Part shown: one piece after another, positions 1-6,614 of the stretch | How the letters are laid out: every line of letters begins with the position of its first letter | Numbering within the stretch: position 1 is the stretch's first letter | Origin: an uncultured Odoribacter sp. | Lineage (GTDB): Bacteria > Bacteroidota > Bacteroidia > Bacteroidales > Marinifilaceae | DNA: 24,000 bases | Direction of reading: 5' to 3' | Assembly (NCBI GenBank): GCA_910578105.1 | Contig: CAJTPD010000011.1 | Coordinates: 1 to 24,000, forward strand | The notes under the pieces: generated by a model | Database searches by the model: none | What the model was told of the DNA's origin: nothing | What the model saw: only the letters and a program-made list of their open reading frames with translations | Program-made: the position numbers and the translations under genes

Positions 1-30
1 CAATTCGCTGCAACAGACATATTAGTTTTA

Positions 31-113
31 TAGAAGCGTTTTTGTTTTTATCCTTGCTTTAGAAACGACCAATTTCAAAACATTGAAGGATAAACGATAC
101 AAACGTTCGCTTG
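31..113. repeat. Imperfect ~80-nt hairpin element, copy A
   Basis: Arm 33-55 (GAAGCGTTTTTGTTTTTATCCTT) pairs with arm 86-112 (AAGGATAAACGATACAAACGTTCGCTT) in three blocks totalling about 20 bp. The ~30-nt loop carries AAACGACCAA (64-73). Confidence 0.6.
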
Positions 114-145
114 CCGTTATATATTACTCAAATATATATATGGAT

Positions 146-229
146 TAAGCGTGGGTTGGTTGTTTATTTCAATGTGGGTTACTTGGTCGTACCTTAAAGC
201 AGATAAACAGAACAGTTCCCACGCTTCTT
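146..229. repeat. Imperfect ~80-nt hairpin element, copy B (diverged inverted copy of A)
   Basis: Arm 147-167 (AAGCGTGGGTTGGTTGTTTAT) pairs with arm 203-226 (ATAAACAGAACAGTTCCCACGCTT). The loop aligns to the reverse complement of the copy A loop: TTCAATGT, then 8 nt, then TTGGTCGT, then TAAAGCA are shared with the same spacing. Confidence 0.6.
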
Positions 230-283
230 TATTTCATATACTTGCCTTTCTGGGGATTTTCAAGGTGCTAAATAATTATTAAT

Positions 284-1039
284 ATGAGAAAACTATTTTA
301 TTTATTCATGGTAGCAATGTGTGCTACTATGTTTACAGCATGTTCAAAAGATGATGACAAAGACCCGTTAGATGATAATGGAGGTAATGGGTCGAAAGAA
401 GGGATGATTACAATGATTGCAGAGAGCGATGAGATTAAGGTGCATATTGAAACTTTTAATGAAGGGGATATTATTACTATAGATTGGGGGGATGGAACTG
501 TGGAAGAGTTTAAAAGTGTTGAAGAATATGACGATTGGGATGAAGATGGCGAAGGTGAAATCTATTATGTAATAAGTATAGATGATTATGTTAAGCATGA
601 ATATTCCAATCGAAATCCCCACATTGTTACAATTAAGGGGAAAATTAAATATTTGGACTGTGGAAACAATAACCTAACTTCATTAGATGTGAGTGGATGT
701 ACGGCATTGACAGAATTGGACTGTTATGGCAATAACCTGACTTCATTAAATGTGAGTGGATGTACGGCATTGACAGAATTGGGCTGTTGGAGCAATAACC
801 TAACTTCATTAGATGTTAGCAAGAATACCGCATTGACATACTTGGACTGTGAGGACAATAAACTAACTTCTTCCGCATTAAACCAGATTTTCAGGGATTT
901 GCCACAAAGAAAAACATGGACAGAGGGTTATGGCTATACTGAACAATCAAGCATCTTTATATATCGCAACCCCGGAAGTGAAACTTGTGACAAGAGTATT
1001 GCAGAAAATAAAGGATGGGAAGTGAATACAATATGGTAA
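284..1039 (+). CDS. Surface-exposed lipoprotein with leucine-rich repeats (BspA-like LRR)
   Basis: Signal peptide ends in the lipobox FTAC. The residues after Cys, SKDDDKD, match the acidic Bacteroidota lipoprotein export signal. More than three 21-aa LRR units (NNLTSLDVSGCTALTELDCxG) follow. ATG start. Confidence 0.85.
   Translation: MRKLFYLFMVAMCATMFTACSKDDDKDPLDDNGGNGSKEGMITMIAESDEIKVHIETFNEGDIITIDWGDGTVEEFKSVEEYDDWDEDGEGEIYYVISIDDYVKHEYSNRNPHIVTIKGKIKYLDCGNNNLTSLDVSGCTALTELDCYGNNLTSLNVSGCTALTELGCWSNNLTSLDVSKNTALTYLDCEDNKLTSSALNQIFRDLPQRKTWTEGYGYTEQSSIFIYRNPGSETCDKSIAENKGWEVNTIW
668..874 (+). repeat. 63-bp tandem repeat (3 full units plus a partial) encoding the LRR units
   Basis: Units begin with AATAACCT at 668, 731 and 794, and AATAAACT at 857. 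By my count units 1 and 2 differ at only about six of 63 positions. Confidence 0.85.
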
Positions 1040-1064
1040 AAACAAACAAAATAATTTATTAACC

Positions 1065-1109
1065 TTTTCACCACTCCTGATTCTTTAGGGAGTTGGGGGT
1101 GGTGAAATT
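1065..1109. repeat. Hairpin formed by repeat arms a1 (TTTTCACCACT) and a2 (AGTTGGGGGTGGTGAAATT)
   Basis: TTCACCAC (1067-1074) pairs with GTGGTGAA (1099-1106) and extends to about 11 bp, leaving an 18-nt loop. It lies between the LRR stop codon and the RES-like start codon. The trailing sequence is A-rich rather than T-rich, so it makes a poor intrinsic terminator. Confidence 0.6.
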
Positions 1110-1123
1110 AAAAATTTAAAGAT

Positions 1124-2062
1124 ATGACAATTGATAAATTATTTTCCAAATTGAGAAATAACATACCTCTTGCACCCAATAGTAACAAGCCTTTTCATCA
1201 ACACTTACTCGATAATTTTGAAAATTACCTCAGTGGCTTAGAACAATTGAATAGCAATGAATTTCATAAAAGATTCCATAAAATCGAAAAAGAAATTACT
1301 CTGAAAAAATTTATTACAATTGAAAAAAAGATATGTGATATTATTGAAGAATCTATATTAGAGGGAAGAAATGGACGTATAAATTCTGCTTACAAAATGC
1401 TACGTTCTCTATTAAAAAATAAGACAAAAAATCTAAGTGATAACATCTATAATTATTTTGAATGTGATTTTTCAGAAGAAATTAAAGAGTTTTATCGTAT
1501 ACAGAACATGGAACCTGAAAAATATGAATTTCCTAATTCTATGAAACATTGCCCTTTTGAGAATGTTTATCGTACGGGGAATTATAGATTTAGTTTGTCT
1601 GGTTTTCCTTGTTTATATGTAGGTTCTTCTATTGACGTATGCAAATTAGAAACATCAAAACCCAAAGATGGTGAACGATGTTATCAAGCTAAATTTATAC
1701 TAAAAGAGATTCAGCAAAGAGGAAATAAAAAACAACTCTTTTTGAATTTAGTACCTCCTGCAAATTGCACTGATGAAAAAGAATTATTTTATTTTTTATT
1801 ACTATATCCTTTTTATATTGCTTGTTTAGCTAAAAGGAAAGAATCAGAAGGAAATTTCCATGCAGAATATATTATACCACAACTATTATTAATGTATTTA
1901 AGAGAAGAAAAACTCCTTCATGGAATAAAATATCTTTCTACGCATTCTAACGGGAAAGATAATTGTAATGAAATGATAAATTATGTTTTTCCTGTACGAA
2001 ATATAAAGGATAAAGGATTTGATTACGAATTAATAGGACAATTTGAAATGGAAGAAATATAA
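1124..2062 (+). CDS. RES-domain-like protein (putative NAD+-targeting toxin family) with a ~150-aa N-terminal extension
   Basis: NYRFSLSGFPCLYVGSSIDVCKLETS resembles the RES N-terminal block (Arg, then G-x-P-x-L-Y, then Glu about 21 residues later). GIKYLSTHSNG...INYVFPV resembles the C-terminal Ser block. The codon usage is very AT-rich. ATG start, and a strong terminator lies downstream. Confidence 0.6.
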   Translation: MTIDKLFSKLRNNIPLAPNSNKPFHQHLLDNFENYLSGLEQLNSNEFHKRFHKIEKEITLKKFITIEKKICDIIEESILEGRNGRINSAYKMLRSLLKNKTKNLSDNIYNYFECDFSEEIKEFYRIQNMEPEKYEFPNSMKHCPFENVYRTGNYRFSLSGFPCLYVGSSIDVCKLETSKPKDGERCYQAKFILKEIQQRGNKKQLFLNLVPPANCTDEKELFYFLLLYPFYIACLAKRKESEGNFHAEYIIPQLLLMYLREEKLLHGIKYLSTHSNGKDNCNEMINYVFPVRNIKDKGFDYELIGQFEMEEI

Positions 2063-2081
2063 TTCATCAAATATTATAAGG

Positions 2082-2110
2082 AAGCCAGCCCCCCTGCTGG
2101 CTTTATTTTT
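2082..2110 (+). terminator. Rho-independent terminator of the RES-like gene
   Basis: AAGCCAGC (2082-2089) pairs with GCTGGCTT (2096-2103) around the loop CCCCCT, followed by TATTTTTAT. Confidence 0.8.
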
Positions 2111-2112
2111 AT

Positions 2113-2173
2113 AGTGGTGAAAAAATACTGTAATTCCAGTTATATATACCTTTTACAAAATTTACCACCAACT
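2113..2173. repeat. Hairpin formed by repeat arms a1' (AGTGGTGAAAA) and a2' (AATTTACCACCAACT)
   Basis: GTGGTGAA (2114-2121) pairs with TTTACCAC (2161-2168), including one G:T pair, around a 39-nt loop. Each arm is an inverted copy of an arm at 1065-1109. Confidence 0.6.
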
Positions 2174-2466
2174 GAAAATATATGAGTACAGGAGTAGATA
2201 AAGTCAGTATTTTATTACGACAGAAAGAATATGAACCTAAAATGTGAATGCCTATGGAGAATATAGAATGAGACAAAACAAAAATTTGGTCGTTTATATA
2301 CCTCCAGATAAAAATATCTCACTTGCAAAAAGACAAGATTAAGCATATATTTACGTCACAAACAACAAAACAACAGAGTGAAATAACAATAGTATTAACT
2401 TACTTTCGTTTACTTGACAAGTTAAACCATGAGTTAAACCGGAACAAAAGAAGAAGTAACTATAAA

Positions 2467-2571
2467 GCGGAAATAGCTCAGTCGAAGCGGGCAAAAGCGC
2501 AGCTTTTGACTGCCTTGTAGAGCACTAGCCTTCCAAGCCGAAGGTCGCGGGTTCGAGCCCCGTTTTCCGCT
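2467..2571 (+). tRNA. tRNA-Gly(UCC)-like gene with a 32-nt D-loop insertion and a mispaired anticodon stem (aberrant tRNA, tRNA-like RNA or pseudogene)
   Basis: The acceptor stem is perfect (GCGGAAA 2467-2473 with TTTCCGC 2564-2570) and the discriminator is T2571. The D-stem is GCTC/GAGC. The T-arm is GCGGG-TTCGAGC-CCCGT. The anticodon loop is CTTCCAA (TCC at 2532-2534). Removing 2485-2516 restores the canonical GCTCAGTCGGTAGAGC. The anticodon stem CTAGC/GCCGA has two mismatches. Confidence 0.6.
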
Positions 2572-2580
2572 CTCTGAATG

Positions 2581-2612
2581 AGGTAGTTATGAAAGTAGCT
2601 ACCTTTTTCTTT
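2581..2612 (+). terminator. Rho-independent terminator after the tRNA-like gene
   Basis: A 9-bp stem pairs AGGTAGTTA (2581-2589) with TAGCTACCT (2596-2604) around the loop TGAAAG. The T-tract TTTTTCTTT follows. Confidence 0.7.
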
Positions 2613-2809
2613 GTTCTGCATTTTAGTTGCATCCGGCAATTAATGTAAACCGAAACGTCAACCAACTTTTCAATATAGAAGCCTGTATTTCAGTCAAAAT
2701 CCCCCATCATTCTGAAACAAATTTAACTCCTTTCAGAAAGGCAGTATAATATTATTGCCGATGCCCGGATTTTTTTATAATTTAGCAGCTTGTAAATTAA
2801 TAAGAAATT

Positions 2810-3487
2810 ATGAATTTAAAAGACGAATTTCAGAAATATGCTCTCAGTAACCGGGGAATCAGCAGTCTAAATCTGCATCGCTATCAAACAGCAGCGAACA
2901 GTTACATCACTCCCAACATCATCGAAGAACGCCAGTTAAACATTGCTACAATGGATGTTTTTTCACGTTTGATGATGGACCGGATTATTTTTCTGGGTGT
3001 ACCTATTGATGATGATGTGGCTAACATTATTATGGCTCAGTTATTGTTTTTGGAAACAGCAGATCCGGGAAGGGATATTCAACTATACTTCAACAGTCCG
3101 GGAGGTTCCATCTATGCCGGACTTGGTATCTACGACACCATGCAATTTATCAACTGCGACGTAGCCACCATCTGTACAGGTCTGGCAGCTTCCATGGCAG
3201 CAGTTCTGATGTGTGCCGGGACCCAAGGGAAACGCTCCGCCTTAAAACACTCCCGTATCATGATCCATCAACCCATGAGCGGAGTTCAGGGACAGGCATC
3301 CGACATTGAAATCACTTCCCGGGAAGTTCAGAAATTAAAAAAAGAACTTTACTCTATCATTTCAGAACATTCCGGTCAGCCACTCAAAAAAGTAGAAAAA
3401 GATTCTGACCGCGACTATTGGATGACGGCCGGCGAAGCAAAAGAATACGGTATGATCGATGTGATATTAACCAGAGAGAAAAAATAA
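2810..3487 (+). CDS. clpP: ATP-dependent Clp protease proteolytic subunit
   Basis: Full-length ClpP-like sequence with the catalytic Ser context GLAASMAA and His context IMIHQP. It sits directly upstream of clpX. Confidence 0.95.
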   Translation: MNLKDEFQKYALSNRGISSLNLHRYQTAANSYITPNIIEERQLNIATMDVFSRLMMDRIIFLGVPIDDDVANIIMAQLLFLETADPGRDIQLYFNSPGGSIYAGLGIYDTMQFINCDVATICTGLAASMAAVLMCAGTQGKRSALKHSRIMIHQPMSGVQGQASDIEITSREVQKLKKELYSIISEHSGQPLKKVEKDSDRDYWMTAGEAKEYGMIDVILTREKK

Positions 3488-3493
3488 TTATCC

Positions 3494-4708
3494 ATGCAAG
3501 ATAAATGTTCATTTTGCGGAAGAAACCGCAACGAAGTCAACTTGCTCATTGCCGGAACCGACGGCTTTATCTGTGACGAGTGTGCCTCACAAGCTTATGA
3601 GATTGTTCAGGAAGAAATGAAAAATAAATCTACCCTGAATCTGGATAATATTGAAATAAAAAAACCTTTAGAAATCAAAGCGTTTCTGGACCTTTATGTA
3701 ATCGGACAAGACGAAGCTAAAAAACACCTGGCAGTAGCAGTCTACAATCATTACAAACGTTTATTGCACAAAGGCGATAAAGACGATGTGGAAATTGAAA
3801 AATCTAATATCGTCATGGTCGGTCGTACAGGCACCGGTAAAACTCTGCTTGCCCGCACCATAGCTAAAATGCTGCATGTGCCATTCACTATTGTTGATGC
3901 TACCGTATTAACAGAAGCCGGTTATGTCGGAGAGGACATCGAATCTATTCTAACTCGTTTACTTCAGGCAGCAGATTATGACGTTGAAGCTGCCGAAAAA
4001 GGAATTGTATTTATCGACGAACTGGACAAAATTGCCCGTAAAGGCGACAATCCGTCCATTACCCGGGACGTTAGCGGTGAAGGCGTACAGCAAGGATTAC
4101 TGAAATTACTGGAAGGCTCCGTTGTAAATGTCCCTCCTCAGGGCGGACGCAAACATCCGGATCAAAAAATGATTCCGGTAAATACAAAAAATATTCTCTT
4201 TATCTGCGGAGGAGCTTTCGATGGTATTGAGAAAAAAATAGCAGCCCGTATGAACTCTATGGTTGTGGGATTTAACGCCAGTCAAGCATCTGAAAAGATT
4301 GACCGGGAAAATTTTTTACAATATATAGCTCCGCAGGACTTGAAGTCTTTTGGACTGATTCCGGAAATCATCGGACGTCTGCCTGTCCTCACTTATTTAG
4401 AACCCTTGGATCGCCAAGCTCTGCGTAATATCCTGACCGAACCGAAAAATGCCATTATCCGGCAATACATTAAATTATTTGAACTGGATGGAATTACATT
4501 GCAATTCGACGAAAGCGTTTACGAATTTATCGTGGATAAAGCCATTGAATTCCGGTTGGGTGCACGCGGACTTCGCTCTATTTGTGAAGCTATTATGACC
4601 GACCTCATGTTTGAAATACCTTCCCAAAACAAGAAAAGCGTTACTATAACAAAGGCCTATGCCGAAGAAAAATTAAGCAGGATACAGGCCCAAAAACTAA
4701 GGGCATAA
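3494..4708 (+). CDS. clpX: ATP-dependent Clp protease ATP-binding subunit
   Basis: N-terminal zinc finger CSFCG...CDEC, Walker A GRTGTGKT, Walker B FIDELDKI, and the pore loop GYVGED. Confidence 0.95.
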   Translation: MQDKCSFCGRNRNEVNLLIAGTDGFICDECASQAYEIVQEEMKNKSTLNLDNIEIKKPLEIKAFLDLYVIGQDEAKKHLAVAVYNHYKRLLHKGDKDDVEIEKSNIVMVGRTGTGKTLLARTIAKMLHVPFTIVDATVLTEAGYVGEDIESILTRLLQAADYDVEAAEKGIVFIDELDKIARKGDNPSITRDVSGEGVQQGLLKLLEGSVVNVPPQGGRKHPDQKMIPVNTKNILFICGGAFDGIEKKIAARMNSMVVGFNASQASEKIDRENFLQYIAPQDLKSFGLIPEIIGRLPVLTYLEPLDRQALRNILTEPKNAIIRQYIKLFELDGITLQFDESVYEFIVDKAIEFRLGARGLRSICEAIMTDLMFEIPSQNKKSVTITKAYAEEKLSRIQAQKLRA

Positions 4709-4720
4709 TTTCATTGAAAA

Positions 4721-4758
4721 GAATGTGTCAAAGACCGTTTCCGGATTTTGACACATTC
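4721..4758. terminator. Bidirectional hairpin terminator between convergent clpX and the SRPBCC gene
   Basis: A perfect 12-bp stem pairs GAATGTGTCAAA (4721-4732) with TTTGACACATTC (4747-4758) around a 14-nt loop. Confidence 0.65.
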
Positions 4759-4768
4759 TCCTCTTCAT

Positions 4769-5254
4769 TCAAATGGCAACGTTACTCAAAAGTCCATAAG
4801 GTATTTTGGTCAGATTTTCTCCCAACATATTAATTCCTTTTTCCAATTTCCCTTTAAGCATCATTTTTAACATCATATTCAACTCCCCTTGAAAGGTAAT
4901 TTTCAGACGGGTATCATAAGGGCCATTCTCCAACAATTGTATCCAAAGATTAAAATCAAAAGGTAAAACGCCGTCCCCGCCTAATTTGATCAGCTTTGGT
5001 TCTTCTTTCTCTACTATTTTAACTGCCAACTCCCCCATGCCTTTCAAGGTTACATAACAAGCATCTTGTGTGAAACGGACATCTTCAATCTTTTCTGATA
5101 CTTTTTCCAGCTCTATATTTCCATTTGTCATTCCCATCTGCTTCGCCATTTCAACTAAACGTCCGATTCTGTTGAAATCAGATAACAGGGCATACACATC
5201 TTTAATCGGACTTTCAATTTTAAAAATTTCGCTTGCGATTTTTGTTACAGACAT
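4769..5254 (-). CDS. SRPBCC-superfamily (CoxG/polyketide-cyclase-like) protein
   Basis: The ~160-aa protein has the composition typical of the SRPBCC fold. I use the ATG at 5254 (MSVTKIASE...) because the longer ORF to 5308 starts at TTG. Confidence 0.55.
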   Translation of the reverse strand: MSVTKIASEIFKIESPIKDVYALLSDFNRIGRLVEMAKQMGMTNGNIELEKVSEKIEDVRFTQDACYVTLKGMGELAVKIVEKEEPKLIKLGGDGVLPFDFNLWIQLLENGPYDTRLKITFQGELNMMLKMMLKGKLEKGINMLGENLTKIPYGLLSNVAI

Positions 5255-5323
5255 AATAAAACGCACTGATTTATCCTGTATCAACCCGGTAAATCTGCCG
5301 CCAGTCAATACAAAAGGAAATGA

Positions 5324-5953
5324 TTATTTATAAGTTTCCGGACTCAAACGCCATTCTTTCAATTTATCTACCTGTTCCGGTTTTACATAACCGATTTTTA
5401 ATGCCAAATCAATCATAGCATTGTAATTACTTAAAGTAGTCAGTTCACATCCGGCATTTTTAAAATTATCTTCTGCTTTCCGGAAACCATAAGTAAATAT
5501 GGCTGTCATTCCCAACACTTCACATCCGCCGTTCCGTAAAGCTTCTACCGCCTGCAAACTGGAACCTCCCGTAGATACAAGATCTTCTATCACCACAACC
5601 TTTTGCCCTGCTTTATATTCACCTTCAATCAGATTTTCCAAACCATGACTTTTTGCTGAAGAACGTACATAGATAAAAGGTAAATTTAACTCCTGAGCCA
5701 CCAATACCCCCTGTGCAATTGCTCCTGTCGCCACTCCGGCAATAACTTCTGCTTCAGGATATTTCTCCCTGACCAGTGCTGCAAACTGTTCTTTTATATA
5801 TGAACGGACTTCCGGATAAGATAAAGTTTTGCGGTTATCACAATAAATTGGCGATTTCCAGCCTGATGCCCAAGTAAATGGATGGTTAGGCTCCAATTTG
5901 ATTGCTTTAATATCTAACAAATAGGATGCCACTTTTTCAGCAACTGTACTCAT
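5324..5953 (-). CDS. pyrE: Orotate phosphoribosyltransferase
   Basis: PRPP-binding motif VVVIEDLVSTGGS and overall PyrE-like sequence of 209 aa. Confidence 0.93.
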   Translation of the reverse strand: MSTVAEKVASYLLDIKAIKLEPNHPFTWASGWKSPIYCDNRKTLSYPEVRSYIKEQFAALVREKYPEAEVIAGVATGAIAQGVLVAQELNLPFIYVRSSAKSHGLENLIEGEYKAGQKVVVIEDLVSTGGSSLQAVEALRNGGCEVLGMTAIFTYGFRKAEDNFKNAGCELTTLSNYNAMIDLALKIGYVKPEQVDKLKEWRLSPETYK

Positions 5954-5993
5954 TTTTACGTATTTTTGTATTAGTAATTATAAATTTTTGCAA

Positions 5994-6614
5994 ATGTATA
6001 AAGTATTTTTTAAAGACAGTTGTTTTTTACTCACGGATGAACAGAATTTACTAAAAGAAGGAACTCATCAACTGCTTCATGAAAACTTCAGCGACACCAA
6101 ATCGTTTATTTGTAACTTACGGAAAGAAAAAAACAAATTCACAGCAGTAATATATGGCGAAGATGTGGAAGAGTTATTCTCCATTTTTAAATCCTGCTTT
6201 TTATACGTCAAAGCAGCAGGAGGTGCCGTACAGCAAAAAAATCAGCTTCTCGTCATTAAACGCTTGGGAGTATACGATTTGCCTAAAGGACATCAAGAGC
6301 CCCATGAAACCCTGGAACAATGCGCTGTCCGGGAAGTTGAAGAAGAATGCGGCATTCAAGGCATACAAATCACAAATCATTTAACTGATACATTACACAT
6401 TTATTTCCGAAACGGAAACTGGTTTCTGAAAAAAACGTATTGGTACACCATGACCTCTCCGGAAAATCCGGCTCTGACCCCCCAAACAGAAGAAGATATT
6501 GAAGAAGTCTTCTGGTTAGCCACCCATGAAATAAATACTATAAAAACGAATACCTACCCTTCTTTGCTGGAAGTATTTGAAAAAATACAAAATAATTCAG
6601 AATCATTTTTGTAA
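5994..6614 (+). CDS. NUDIX hydrolase
   Basis: NUDIX box GHQEPHETLEQCAVREVEEECGI. The ATG at 5994 is preferred over the TTG at 5988. A TATTTTTG -7 box lies at 5961-5968. Confidence 0.85.
   Translation: MYKVFFKDSCFLLTDEQNLLKEGTHQLLHENFSDTKSFICNLRKEKNKFTAVIYGEDVEELFSIFKSCFLYVKAAGGAVQQKNQLLVIKRLGVYDLPKGHQEPHETLEQCAVREVEEECGIQGIQITNHLTDTLHIYFRNGNWFLKKTYWYTMTSPENPALTPQTEEDIEEVFWLATHEINTIKTNTYPSLLEVFEKIQNNSESFL

Noticed and set aside
101-110. AAACGTTCGC resembles, from my memory of it, the ARACGTWCGT core of Mpi-type invertible-promoter repeats in Bacteroides fragilis
   Set aside because: It matches only 9 of 10 positions and occurs once. The partner arm (33-44) lacks the AAC and does not reproduce the core, and copy B does not carry it either. 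A chance match is plausible, so I do not use it as evidence for an Mpi-type switch.
1040-1123. Search for a small Xre/DUF2384-type antitoxin ORF upstream of the RES-like gene
   Set aside because: The 84-nt gap holds only the a1/a2 hairpin and has no ORF. The upstream gene is a lipoprotein, so no canonical toxin-antitoxin pair can be claimed.
2182-2247. 21-codon ORF (MSTGVDKVSILLRQKEYEPKM) between the RES-like gene and the tRNA-like gene
   Set aside because: It is too short, has no recognisable motif or promoter, and sits in AT-rich sequence where such ORFs arise by chance.
2421-2440. Direct repeat AGTTAAACC x2 (2420-2428 and 2432-2440) and TTGACA (2414-2419) upstream of the tRNA-like gene, considered as a promoter
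   Set aside because: The spacing does not fit an E. coli-type -35/-10 promoter, and there is no TAnnTTTG box. The sequences are noted only as a possible protein-binding repeat and are too weak to annotate.
1-2466. A direct repeat of the tRNA 3' end (GGTTCGAGCCCCGTTTTCCGC) that would mark an integrated island
   Set aside because: I found no second copy or partial copy in the visible sequence. Any att partner would have to lie upstream of the window.
2485-2516. Reading the tRNA insertion as a group I or group II intron
   Set aside because: At 32 nt it is far too short to hold any self-splicing intron core, and it sits in the D-loop rather than the anticodon loop. I also could not draw a convincing archaeal-type bulge-helix-bulge motif at the junctions.
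2323-2520. 65-aa ORF from the track (MQKDKIKHIF...)
   Set aside because: It starts at TTG, has low-complexity A-rich coding, and its 3' third runs through the tRNA-like gene. It is almost certainly not a gene.
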